In this document: in pieces, positions 38,171-50,110 of the stretch
How the letters are laid out: each line of letters begins with the position of its first letter
How positions within the stretch are numbered: the first letter of the stretch is position 1
Source: Felis catus
Taxonomy: Eukaryota
Direction: 5' to 3'
Assembly: GCF_018350175.1 (NCBI RefSeq)
Contig: NC_058383.1
Location: 2,728,001-2,792,000, forward strand
Length of the DNA stretch: 64,000 nt
Made by a program: the position numbers and the translations under genes
The notes under the pieces: model-generated
What the model saw: the letters and a program-made list of their open reading frames with translations, nothing else
What the model was told of the DNA's origin: nothing
Database searches by the model: none

Positions 38171-39300
38171 AATAACCATTTTAAAGTGAACAATTCAATA
38201 GCATGTAGTACATATTTTCAGTATTGTGCAGTCATCTCCTATGTGCAGTTCGAAAACATTTTTGTCATCCCCCAAAGGAAACCCTTTACCCATAAAGTAC
38301 TCAGGCTCTCTTCTCCCCTCCCCGTTCCAGTCCCTGGCAACCACTAATATGCATTCTGTTGGTATGGATTTACCTGTTGTGGATATTTCATTTAAGGGGA
38401 ATCATACAATAGGAGACCTTGTGTGTCTGGCTTCTTCCACTTAACAGTGTTTGCTAGCTTCATTGATGTCCTATGTATCAGTACATCCTATATTTATTTA
38501 TGGCTAATTATTGCATTGTATGAACATGCCACACTCTTTTTTATCCATTCTTCCATTGATGGATTTTTGTATTGTTTCTACCTTTTGGCTGTTGGAAATA
38601 ATGCAGCTACAAAAATGTGTGTATATATTTGTATGCATACTTATTTAGAGTATGTGCCTAGGATTGGAATTACTAGATGATATGGTAATTGTTTAACTTT
38701 TTAAGTAATTGCCTATGTTCCACAGTGGCTGATCGATTTGACTTTCCTACCAGCAATGTATGAAAATTTTAATTTTTTTCTTAGAATTTGTTTTTTACTT
38801 CCTTGTCAAGACTTGTTATTTTCCTTATTCTAAAAGTTAATTTTAGTCGTATTAATAGATATGAAGTAGTATCTCATTGTGGTTTTGATTTGCATTTCCA
38901 TAATGAGCAATGATGTTGAACATCTTAATATGATTGGGCATTTGTATATTTTTGGAGAAGGCTCTATTTTTAAAGTTGATTTTGAGAGAGAGCATGAGAA
39001 GGGGGAGGGGAAGGGATGGGGAGAGAGGAAGTGTGAGAGAATCCCAAGCAGGCTTACACTGTCAGCACAGAGCCCAATGCAAGGCTTGAACTCAGGAACT
39101 GTGGGATCATGACCTGAGCTGAAACCAAGAGTTGGATGGTTAACCGACTGAGCCACCCAGGCACCCCTGGAGAGCTGTCTCTTCATGTTCTTTGCTCATC
39201 TTTAAACTGCATTGTCTTTGATTTAGAAGAAGTCTAGATCTATTTTGGATACTAAGCCCTTTTCAGATACATGATTTGAATATTTTCTCCCACTCTGTTA
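38171..39300 (-). mobile_element. Old L1 3' fragment with an inserted antisense CAN-SINE (38966-39167)
   Basis: GTAGTATCTCATTGTGGTTTTGATTTGCATTTCC and other L1 3' motifs. The SINE head ends GAGCCACCCAGGCACCCC. Confidence 0.8.
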
Positions 39301-40847
39301 TTAGTTTTTTGCTTATTTTTCCAATATTCTTTTTGTGAATACAAGTGAATATAAACATGTTTGCATTTCCTCCCAGTCATATATAAAACACATATTATGT
39401 GTATGCATATAATATCTGTAATTTATGTAACTTGCATTTTTTTAACCTAATATAATCTGGAAGTCTCCTTGTATTCTCTCCCTCCACACCTCCCTGTACT
39501 CTTTTTGCATAGTTAGTACCTCATTGTACGGCTATACCAAGTTTATGCCACCAGTCTCCAGTTTACTTGGGTTATTTTTAGTCTTTTACTATTCCACATA
39601 GTCCATATTGAATAATCCTATATGTGGGTGTTTTCACACTTGTGCTGGCTTATGTGAGTGATAGATTTTTAGAAGTGAAATTACTGCAGCAAAGGCCCAT
39701 AATCTTTTTATTTTTATTTTATTTTTTTTTGCAAAAGCCTGTAATCTTAAATACAATCTTTTTGAAACCAGAAACTCTCTTATTCTTACCTGGAGGTTTT
39801 CTTTTGTGTTCCCATAACATTTTAACATTTTTTCATTCCTGTAAGGACTGCTGTATAGTGTCAGAGTTATGATTCACCAAGAAGAGTGGCTGCCTCAGAT
39901 ATGGGTACTCAAGAGTGTTTTCCAGGAGGTGATTGCTATACTTGATATAAATGGATCTATTATTTTCAAGTGAAAATCTAAACATGCAGTGAATATCCAC
40001 TTTGGGTTTTGATTCTTGATCATAGAAAACATTGAGAAGCACCTGCACCAAGCTGAGGAAAAGTGTCCGTCTTCCTTGCCAGAAACCACTGTCTGAACTG
40101 CGCTCAACATCCTTCTCTTTCACAAATGAGAGTAGTTGCAAAGATTGACTCAAATACATGTAAAAGTCCACCTTTGTTATTGGTGATAATTTCCCTTTAT
40201 TCTGTTACCTTGCTGTCTCTGTTTATATTCCTTTCCCTCTCAGTAGGATCAACTTGGATACATTTTCCTTGATGTAAATCTTCCCTAATTCACCCCAAGT
40301 AGAATAGAACCCCATCTCCCCTAGCCTTTTTTTTTTTTTTTTTTTTTTTTTGGTAACTTCGCTATGGTGCTCAGAAGGGTCATCTAGTGTTATCATTATG
40401 TATATGTAAGCTCTCCTATTGGAAGCACTCCTTGAAACCAGGGAGTTTTTTTTGTCAGACTTGAACTTCTTTCATGCTCAATTAATTGTAGCTGAGTGTC
40501 TTGTGTGAATTAATCTTTAAGGTTTTATGCTGTTGCTTCCTCTTCCTTGTTACCCCATAAGTGTAGATGTTCCCTAGGGTTTCATTTTTGACCTTTTCTT
40601 CTTGTAATTTCATCTACTCTCTGTCAGCTATCATTCCTAAATGGATGACTTCATCCGTATCTCCTGACTCCCGCCCCTGGTCTGAGCTTTGGGTGTGATT
40701 CATCCCAGCAGGACCTCAATACCCCACAAGCCACAATTTTCATTGCATCATCTAGTGTTGTATCTGACCTATGGTGAACATTTGTATTCGTGGAATTAAT
40801 GTTTCCATGAAAACATTTTTCTTTTCTTCACTAAGAAATGTCACTGA

Positions 40848-41072
40848 GGGGCGCCTGGGTGGCTCAGTCGGTTAAGCGTCCGACTTCGGCTCAGGTCATG
40901 ATCTCATGGTCCGTGAGTTCAAGCCCCCCGTCGGACTCTGTGCTGACAGCTCAGAGCCTGGAGCCTGCTTCAGATTCTGTGTCTCCCTCTCTCTCTGCCC
41001 CTCCCCCATTCATGCTCTGTCTCTGTCTCAAAAATAAATAAACGTTAAAAAAAAATTAAAAAAAAAAAAAAA
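40848..41072 (+). mobile_element. Young SINEC_Fc-type SINE with perfect 16 bp TSD
   Basis: TSD AAGAAATGTCACTGAG at 40833-40848 and 41071-41086; intact A tail. Confidence 0.95.
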
Positions 41073-41369
41073 GAAATGTCACTGAGACCCTGCTTTTGTG
41101 TGCCTGCCTCATCACTTGCTGGGCCGCGTTGTGAACAATGGAAATACTGCACGTACATTGCCCGTTTTTCTACTGTCTCGGCCTTGACATGGACCCTACC
41201 TACTGTGTGGGCCACTACAATGACTAACAGCTTTGTCAAAGAATTCCTGAGGTCTACCTTTTTAGTCTTAGAAACCTTATTTGGTTCTCCAGAGCTTACC
41301 AAGTTGAGCCTAGCATTAAAATCTCTCCAGGCTTTAGACGTCTTGAAACACCTGTCTAGCCTGGTTCCT

Positions 41370-42205
41370 ATTCTTCTGTAACCTAGTCTAGTTTCACCCA
41401 GTGTTTTCTCTCTTGGTGTCACCACCATCTGTTGAGTCACCTGAGCTAGAAACCTGAGACTCCCCATGAATCTGCCTCTTCCTTCCTTCCTTGACTCTTT
41501 CCCTCTCCCTCTGCCACTATCCAACTAGATTTGCAGTCCTATGGATTTTCCTCCTTTAAATACTTATCAAATCGCCCTCATTGTGACTGAACTTCCTGCC
41601 TATGTTTCTGCTCAAGACTGTCCCCCATACAGCTTCCAAACAAATCTCACTGTGAATCTGCTTATAATGGCTCTTAACCGCAGCCTTCAGGGATCTTCAT
41701 AATCTAAGCTTTGTTTTCCTCCACAGTGTAATCTGGTCTCTGGTTTCACTTGGCACTCTTGAAGTACTGAATTGCTGGTAGTTCAACTTTATTGCTCCCT
41801 TTTTCCCCACACACTAAATTGTTTTTTGTCTCCTTGCCTTTGTTTTGCAGCTTCCCTTAGCCCTAAATACTGCCTCCTAGCCTTCTTTCCTACCCCACCT
41901 TTGGCCAGGCCAACTTCAGGTCATTTGTTGAGGGATGCTCAGGTATCACTGCCTTCTTACAGCTTTTTCTGATTTCTTTGTCCTCCACACTGTTTCCATA
42001 GTGCCCTGTGCATCTCCCTATCTTTGTACCTTTATCTTTGTACCTCATTATTGTTTATTATGATAGTCTCTCAAGCTAGCCTGGTAATTTCAAAGATGAT
42101 TTTATGCATTGATATAATCCTTGCACCTGACACAGTGCGTGCCCAGTATACAATAGGAACATAATAAATGTTTGTTGAATGCGTGAATACATTATATGAA
42201 TGAAT
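41370..42205. mobile_element. L2 relic
   Basis: GTCACCTGAGCTAGAAACCTGAGA..., ending in the L2 terminal signature AATAAATGTTTGTTGAATGCGTGAAT. Confidence 0.65.
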
Positions 42206-42334
42206 ATACTGTATAATTGTTTTTCGTGTATCACCATTTATGCCTGTGTTTATTGAATTTCCAGAGCTTGCTGTAAAAGATAGGAAGAAAATATATGGTT
42301 AATGTGGGCCAGCATTTAGGTGGATCATAATCTA

Positions 42335-42740
42335 TCCAGAGACGTTAGAGAAAAATCCACTTCCAAGCTCATTCAGACTGTCAAGTTCATTTTCTTGTGG
42401 TTGTAGGAATGATGTCCCATTTCCTTGTGTCCCTTCCTCAGTGGGGGGGCTACTCTGTGCTTCTAGAGGCCACTTGCCTTCCTTCTCATGTAAGCCCTCT
42501 ATTTTCAAACCAGCAACAGCACATCAGATTCTTCCCACGCTTTGAGAAATCTCTGGCTACTTCTGCCTTCAGTCAGAGAAACTCAGTGCTTATAAGGGCT
42601 CATTTGTCCAGATGAGGCCCATCAGGATAATAACATTATCTGAAGGTCACATGCTATATGATGTAACATCAACACAGGAGTGATGGCCTCATATTCACAG
42701 GTTCTAGAGTTAGAGGTGGGACCCTTGAAATTCTTCCTCG
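42335..42740. mobile_element. MLT1-like MaLR LTR relic
   Basis: AAAATCCACTTCCAAGCTCATTCAG...CTAGAGGCCACTTGCCTTCC...CATATTCACAGGTTC. Confidence 0.65.
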
Positions 42741-43923
42741 TGGTGTGCTAATAGTTAAGTGATGTTTAGACGGGTTGGGTAAATGTTCTGCTTTAGCCAG
42801 TAAGTTGTGTCTTGACTTGCCTTTAACTTCAGGGTTTATGTGACCTGTTTCAAGTCCCTTGGTCTCATATTCCTGTATTTGTAACAAGGATTTAAACCAT
42901 GTTATGTATCTCATAATGTAGAAATAAGCTTGATAGAAATGAGTTTAAATGGACTGCTAGACCTCATAATGAAATCTGGTATGTATCATTCTAGGGAAAC
43001 AGGATTCATTCGAAATCACCGATTGTTCCGGTTACAAGCAGAGTTTTTTTTAAAAAAACTTTTTATTGAAAGAGACATGCAGAAAGGTACATAAATATTG
43101 GTAAATTTTCACAAGTGGAACATAATGCGTGTAATTAGTATCTAAAACCATTAGAATGATTACCAGTACCGCAGAAGTCTACCTATCCTATGACCCCTTT
43201 GAAAGCAGAGTTTTGTTTGCCCATTGATTTGATAAAGTTTTAGCCTATTTGCTTTTATTCTTTTAGTTTAAGGTACAGGTATAAAAGGATAATCCTTAAA
43301 ATTTTGGAGCCTGTGATAAGAGTAGTTAGGAGGTATCTCTTGGAGTTTGTTGGCTATAGAGGATGAGATACAGTAATCACAGGTGATGTGGAGCTAGATT
43401 CCTTATCTTCTCAGTAACAGGAAAAAAACTGCCAATTGTCTAACTTTTAGTTACAAAAATGGGTTTTGCACTCAAAGCAGTAGTAACCGCTTTTGCTGTG
43501 AAACAGAAACTAGAAAACTGTTCTTTAGGAAAGTCATCTTAGTGGGATCAATTTGAGATGGTTGTTGGTTTTTATATTTTAAGAGTACAATTTCTAGTCC
43601 TTCTGTTGTATGATTTCATTAAACCTGTGCCCAGAAAAAAGTAAAGGACAAGATTTCAGTTGATATGTTTGGAAGTTCTTATGGTCAAACATTAGGAAGG
43701 AGGTTCTTATTCCCTTCTTATTTTTCCATTGTAAACAGATGGCGAAATTTCCATGTCAAACTTTGCTTTAACAGAGAACAAGCTTTAGGAAACTATTCCA
43801 GCCCCATATAATGCTGGAATACCTGTTAGTTGTGGGTCTCTGGAATTGCGTTTTATCATCATGGTTACCAAAAAAAGAAAAAAACCCTAGACTGAGAAGG
43901 ACAGCTTCTTAAATTTCTCTATT

Positions 43924-43965
43924 TTAAGAGTCTCATGCTTTACCAACTGAGCTAGCCAGATGCTG
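43924..43965 (-). pseudogene. Tailless tRNA-Lys(CTT)-like 5'-half retroposed fragment
   Basis: The reverse complement GCATCTGGCTAGCTCAGTTGGTAAAGCATGAGACTCTTAA resembles tRNA-Lys-CTT nt ~1-38. Flanked by an 18 bp direct repeat. Confidence 0.72.
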
Positions 43966-44240
43966 TAAATTTCTCTACTTTAAAATTTTAAATTTAAGCT
44001 TTTAAATTTCTCTTCTTTTGTGGTGACGCTTGAGTTTCACAGGCCCATCTGAAAACACAGATTCTGACATAGTGCTCTAATGGAAAAACGTGAGGTCTCC
44101 AAACAGTAGACCATATCACAAATACTGGTACACAAGCTTTCACTGATCTGAGCATCAGTAGCCTATTTTTTCTAATTACATGTATTACACTGATTCCAAC
44201 CTTTTCTGTATAACATCCTAATCTTTATATGTAGCATCTT

Positions 44241-44441
44241 TTTTTTTTTTTTAAATTGTATTTATTTCTGAGAAAGAGACAGAGTGTGAGCAGGGCAGGG
44301 GCACAGAGAGAGAGAATCTGAAGCAGGCTCCAGGCTCTGAGCTATCAGCACAGAGCCCGACGCAGGGCTTGAACTCATGAACTGTGAGATCATGACCTGT
44401 GCCGAAGTCAGATGCTCAACTGACTGAGCCACCCAGGCGCC
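44241..44441 (-). mobile_element. CAN-SINE with perfect 19 bp TSD
   Basis: TSD TCTTTATATGTAGCATCTT at 44222-44240 and 44442-44460. Confidence 0.95.
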
Positions 44442-44606
44442 TCTTTATATGTAGCATCTTAACCAATTATTGCTCTGTATTTCTAACCTCATGGAGTATT
44501 GCATATATTCATACATAAATAATTTTACTTTGGGTTTTCATTAATATTCGAACAACACTACCTTTAAACAGAGAAAGATGTGGATTCATTTTGAAATGAG
44601 AATTTA

Positions 44607-44800
44607 GGGGCTCCTGAGTTGACTCGGTTAGGCATCTGTCTTCGGCTCAGGTTGTGATCTCATGGTTTGTGAGTTTCAGCCCTACATTGGGCTCTGCTGA
44701 CAGCTCAGAGCCTGCTTCAGATTCTGTGTCTCCCTCTCTCTGCCCCTCCCCTGTGTGCACTCTGTCTCTCTTTCTCAAAAATAAATACTAAAAAATTTTG
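44607..44800 (+). mobile_element. CAN-SINE
   Basis: GGGGCTCCTGAGTTGACTCGG head; flanked by TGAGAATTTAGG on both sides. Confidence 0.9.
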
Positions 44801-46439
44801 TTTTAGTGAGAATTTAGGCATCGCACGTAAAAAATCTTTTTATTGTAATAGGCATGTGAAGAAGCTTTTTTAATGTAATCTTGATTCCCAGGAACCGAAG
44901 TGATTTTAATTATAGACGATACAAGTAAAAGTAATTCCATCATAGGAACTGTCCTAGGGGATTAGAGTGCATATCTACAAAATAAACCAGCTTTTGCAAA
45001 ATTAACATTGCTAAATAATAGAGTTGTATATATCTGCAAAAGAATACTAGAACAATTGGTGAATAATGTCTTAAAATCCTCAGACCTCTTTAATTTCTCT
45101 ATTTTGAACTTTTGGTCACCTAATTTTTCATGAACAGGAAAATATTACGGGTTGTTACAGTCAAAGCAACAGGCTTTTAGAGACCATGACTAGGTGGATG
45201 GAGCAAATCTCCTTCATTTGGGAGACCTAGGAAAGACCATCTCACTGGCTCTACCCATCCATAGACATTCTCATGGGGGGAAAGAGCCAACCGGAGAGAA
45301 AGGCAGAACTTAAGTTGGGTGCACATGTGTGTGTATAATATCTCTTAATGTAACTTTAGTAAGATGGGTTTTTTTTTTCCATCTTAATGGATTTGGTTTT
45401 AAAAAAATGTTACTTTTTCATTAAAACTTGTGTAGAACAGCATAAAGGAAGTACAAATCAACAGAAATCTTTCTCTCTACAGATAACCATTGTTAACATC
45501 TTGGTGAACTAGTTTCCAGAAATCTCTGTGCCTATGTATGTATGTAAAAGGATTACATACCCAACTAAGTAGAATCAAATTGTATGCTGTTTTGTAATCT
45601 TTCAACAATCTATCAGTTTTCAAATCTATAAATAGACATGTAACATTATTTTCACTGGATGCATATACTCTTGTACTCTTACCTGTTTGCGACGTTGGAG
45701 TTGTTTTAGTTCTTAATTTTAAATCCAGAAATGATGAATACGGTTAGAGGTATGCATGTTTTCCTTCTTGTCTGTCACCTCAGCCAGGTCATAGAGTAGC
45801 TCTATTTTGTTTCTTGTATCACCAGGCTGACGTTCAGAAAGGTAGTGTGTGTTACTTTTACACTTTTGCCAAGTCATCATTTCTGCATCTTCTTGCCAGC
45901 ACTGCTTTGCCATTTTAAAAAATATATTGCAAATCAGGAATATGCAAACTAATAGCTCCCCCCCCCCCACGACTTTATCTTTCCTTTCTTTATTGTTTAT
46001 TGTTTTAACTTACCATGAAAAATGTAAACAAATGCAGTGGTAGAATATGTACCCGTTTCAGTAATTTCTGCTCATGGTTAGTCGTCGTGTTCATCTGTAT
46101 CATACCTATTTACCTTCCTCCCATTTATTGTGAAGCAAATTGCAGACATACTCACATTTAACCTGTATTAAATTTTTGTATCTCATTTTTATGTATGTCT
46201 CCTCACTTATTACTGAGAATGAGTATCCTTTTATACACATTTTGGGTACGAAGTGGTTATACATTTTAATTTCATAGTGGATTAGTTGATTTTTTTTTTT
46301 TTTTTTTTGTCTGGTTTTATACCAGTAACACTAGTGTGATGTAGCACTTAGGTTTAGTAATCTTAAGATGTTAGATACAGAGATAAGATTCACTTCCAGG
46401 AAAGTAACTAAACTTTGTGCTGGCCATATAACATCTGCA

Positions 46440-46650
46440 GCATTTGGTTCTGGCTGTGACATTTGAGGACATTGACAAATGAGCATATCCAGAAGAGAGT
46501 GACCAGTGTGGTGAAATTAGGGAACAGTGTCATGTAGGGAATGGTTGAAGGAGCTGGGTGGAGATTTCTAATTTGGAGAAAACAAAACAGGGAAGAAAGT
46601 GGTGAAGGGTAACAGCCATCTAAAGATGTGTCACGTGGAAGGGCTTCAGG
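46440..46650 (+). mobile_element. CR1/L3 LINE relic
   Basis: GGACATTGACAAATGAGCATATCCAGAAGAGAGTGACCAG...GGAATGGTTGAAGGAGCTGGG resembles the L3 ORF2 3' end. Confidence 0.6.
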
Positions 46651-46954
46651 GATCAGGAAGAAGCTGCTAATTAAGTAGCAATAAATTATCTCTCGTCTGG
46701 CTCTGGCTTCTCTGGCTCATAGTTTTACTGATATTGTTTCTATACTTGCTGATGAAAAGTGATTTTTTGTGTGGTGCAAATGGTGCTTCTGGGTTTCTGG
46801 GAAACCCTGAGATAATCTTTGTTAGGTTTTACTCTGCACATACATTTCTCCAAACTAAGACTTAATTTTGATATTTAAAGTGATTTTGCTGTATAAGAAA
46901 ATACTCTTCATTAGAAAAAAATGTTTTTGTTTTGTTTTTTAGTGAGAAAGCTGC

Positions 46955-47250
46955 CCAGTATAGACTCACAATCTTGTATATATCCATAGTTTCAAAAACA
47001 AAACAAAAAAATTCTGAAATACTTATCATAACTCATTCAGAGGCAAAACTTGACCTGAACAGATGTCTGTATTTATTCCACTTGGTGTGAATATTCATAC
47101 AATTCTTTGCAGAAATAGTAATGTGGTTGATGACCGTGTACTTCCCGGTACTCCTCGGGATGTTACGTAATGTTGTATTGTTACCCTTTGAAAACCCAGA
47201 GAAGTCTGAATTTTGAAACTTTCCTAGCCCAAAGGTTTTTGTACCTATGA
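46955..47250. mobile_element. Tigger/MER46-like DNA transposon relic
   Basis: GGCAAAACTTGACCTGAAC...GTGTGAATATTCATAC...TCTGAATTTTGAAAC...CCCAAAGGTTT. Family assigned from memory. Confidence 0.45.
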
Positions 47251-47634
47251 TTGTGTTTTTTTTTTTTTTTTTTTTTAATGTTGAATGATATACTGTGTAC
47301 TTGGACACCTGATCACTATGCATATGTAAAAAGAGGATAATAGTTTACACCTATTTGTCCTTTTGGAAACGGTGAGATTAGGTTAATATGTAGAACATAT
47401 TCAAATTAGGACTGCCCCAAAATAACATGTTGCTAGCATGGCATTATTCTATACATGTTTAACATTCTTCTGAAAGCGGGAAGAACAGTGTGGAAATAAA
47501 TCGTTGAAATATTATAACTGTTGAATAGAGATGTCTTCTAGAAGCAACTGATATTTTTAAATGTTTTCACTTCATCCAATCTGATTAGTGTTATTATAGT
47601 ATTGTATTGAATTACTTGAAATGTGTAATAATAA

Positions 47635-47760
47635 ATCCTGATATAGATCTATCTGTATAATCTATATCTATATATTATATATATAATACACATAGATATA
47701 TATAAGTGTATATACATACATATATAATGTATTCTAATATCTATATACACAAATATCTAT
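47635..47760. repeat. Degenerate (TA)n-rich low-complexity tract
   Basis: Read directly. Confidence 0.85.
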
Positions 47761-48204
47761 ACACAAATAAGAGCATATATTCTTTATTTTCTATTGCTTT
47801 TTCTTGTATATATATAAATAAATAAAATCAGGCCTATTTTACGTATACATTTATGACCTTTTTGAATTTGGTTTTAGGCATAGATCTTGAAGTTGCTTGT
47901 AAACGATGATGATTTCATTTTAGATCATGCTAACATCCTAGTTCAAGTGATCAAAATTGCTGGTGTTGTGAGCCACACCGCAAACTTTACACAAAAGAAG
48001 GGCAGTATGGTTTAATAATGTATTTATAAAAAGAACAACAATTTGGTTAAAAAAATCAGGAAAATATACTGTGTGTAAAAGTCTCTTTCCCTCAATCATT
48101 CTACCCAAAGATAACTATTAAATTTTTTTTGTGTATTTATCTAATACACAAATATATGCTGAATACAACTGTTTATTATATTGCTAGTATATATGTATGT
48201 TTTA

Positions 48205-48390
48205 CTTAATTTTTTTTTTCTTTTGAGAGAATGCACCTGCAACTGGGGGAGGAGCACAGAGAGGGAGAGAGAATCCTGAGCGGGCTCCATGCTCAGTGTG
48301 GAGCTGGACACAGGGCTCGATCTCAAGAACCATAAGATCATGACCTGAGCTGAAATCAGGAGTCGGATGCTTAACCAACTGAGCCACCCA
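48205..48390 (-). mobile_element. CAN-SINE lacking its first ~8 nt
   Basis: Ends GAGCCACCCA and runs into TATATATA instead of GGCGCCCC. Confidence 0.88.
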
Positions 48391-49059
48391 TATATATATT
48401 TTTTAAAAATTACACAAATAAGAGCCTATATTCTTTATTTTCTGTTGCTTTTTCTTTTATGTGTCTTAGAGATCTTTCTGTAAGTGCACACATAGATGTA
48501 CTTTCTTTTTAGTCACTGTGTAGTGTTCCAGGTCTATTATAACTTGCATAGCTGTTCTTTGATGGACTTGTAGGCTGTTTCTCTTTTTGGTTATTAAAAA
48601 GGATGATGCAGTAAACCCCTTTATGCGTGTAGGTTGACCTATTCTTAAAAAAAAAACAAACCTAAGGGTAGATTTGTAGCATGGTAATACTGGGTTTCTA
48701 CATGTAAACATAGCAATAGTTTTGAATTACCCACACAAAAAGGTCTTTTAACTGATTCTGTTAAAAAATGCTGTTTATTCGCTCTCTTCGGTGCTGCTTT
48801 GCATTAAAGTAGATACGTTTTTAAACATAATGAATATTAAATTTTTTAATGACCAATTTATGTTTGAAAAATAATTTCTATGTATGAACCATATTTGCAT
48901 TTTGTGGACCCTGGTTGGTACTCATGTAGGCTCAGGTTCCATACTCCCACACCTTTGGAGTTCCCTTCATGAGGCACTCTTATGACTTTGGGGGAGAAAC
49001 AGATTAATTCCCTTATCATTTGACCTCCTTGGGAGGAAACAAGCCCATTGTTGATATAC

Positions 49060-50110
49060 TGTTTTATTGAAAAATTTTATTGATATATATTCAATCATTG
49101 AAATGTAAAATTTAATAACTTTTGTTCTATTCAGAGTTGATTCTAAAATGGACACAATTTTAGAACATTTTCAGTACCCCAGAAGAAGGTTCACACTCCT
49201 TAACTACAATCCCTCCATCAGTTCAACCCCTAATCTGATTAGTGGTCTATTAGATGAGCGGCTAATCTACTTTGGGTCTCTATAGATTGGCTTATTCTGG
49301 GCATTTCATGTAAATAAAGTTCTGCCTTTTGTGGCTCTTTTGCATATGGCTTCTTTCATTTAGCATCATGTTTTCAAGGTGCATTCATCTTGTAGCATGT
49401 ATCAGTACTTCATTCTTGTTTTATGGCTGTGTTGTAGTATTTCATTGCATGCATAGATCACATTATATCCATCGATGATGGACAGCTCTTTTGTTCTTTG
49501 CACTTTTTCGTGGTTATGAGTAATGCTGAGATATGTACAACTGCTTGTGTGAAGGTAGGTTATCATTTCTCTTGGTGTATACTTAGACGTGGAATTGTTG
49601 GGTCATTTGATAACTATGTTTCAGCATTTGAGAACTGTCAGACTGTTTTCAAAGTGCATTATTTTATATTCCCACCAATAGTGTACAGTGAATGTACAAA
49701 TTTCTCCATCTTGTCCAACATTTGTTTTCTTTAAAATTTTTTTTTTTAATTACAGGCATCCTCATAGGTATGAAGTAGTATCTCATTGTGGTTTTGATTT
49801 GCATTTCTTTGGTTGCAAATAATGTTGAGCATCTTTATTATGTGCTTATAGGCAATTTGCATATCTTTGGAAAAATACGTATTCAGATCCTTTGCCCATT
49901 TTTATTTTTGAGTTGTGATAGGTCTTTATATATGCTGGATACAACTGTTGTATCAAGTATATGATTTTTGGGTATTCTCTCTTTGGGTTTTTTTTTTTTT
50001 TTTTTTTTTTTGCTTTCTTGATTCTATTCTTTGAAGTACAAAATTTTTAATTTTGATGAAGCTTAGTTTATAATTTTTTTCTTTGCTTGCACTTTTCGTG
50101 TCCTATGTGA
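49060..50110 (-). mobile_element. Old L1 (L1MB-like) 3' fragment
   Basis: CTTCTTTCATTTAGCATCATGTTTTCAAGG, GTATCTCATTGTGGTTTTGATTTGCATTTC. Confidence 0.8.
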
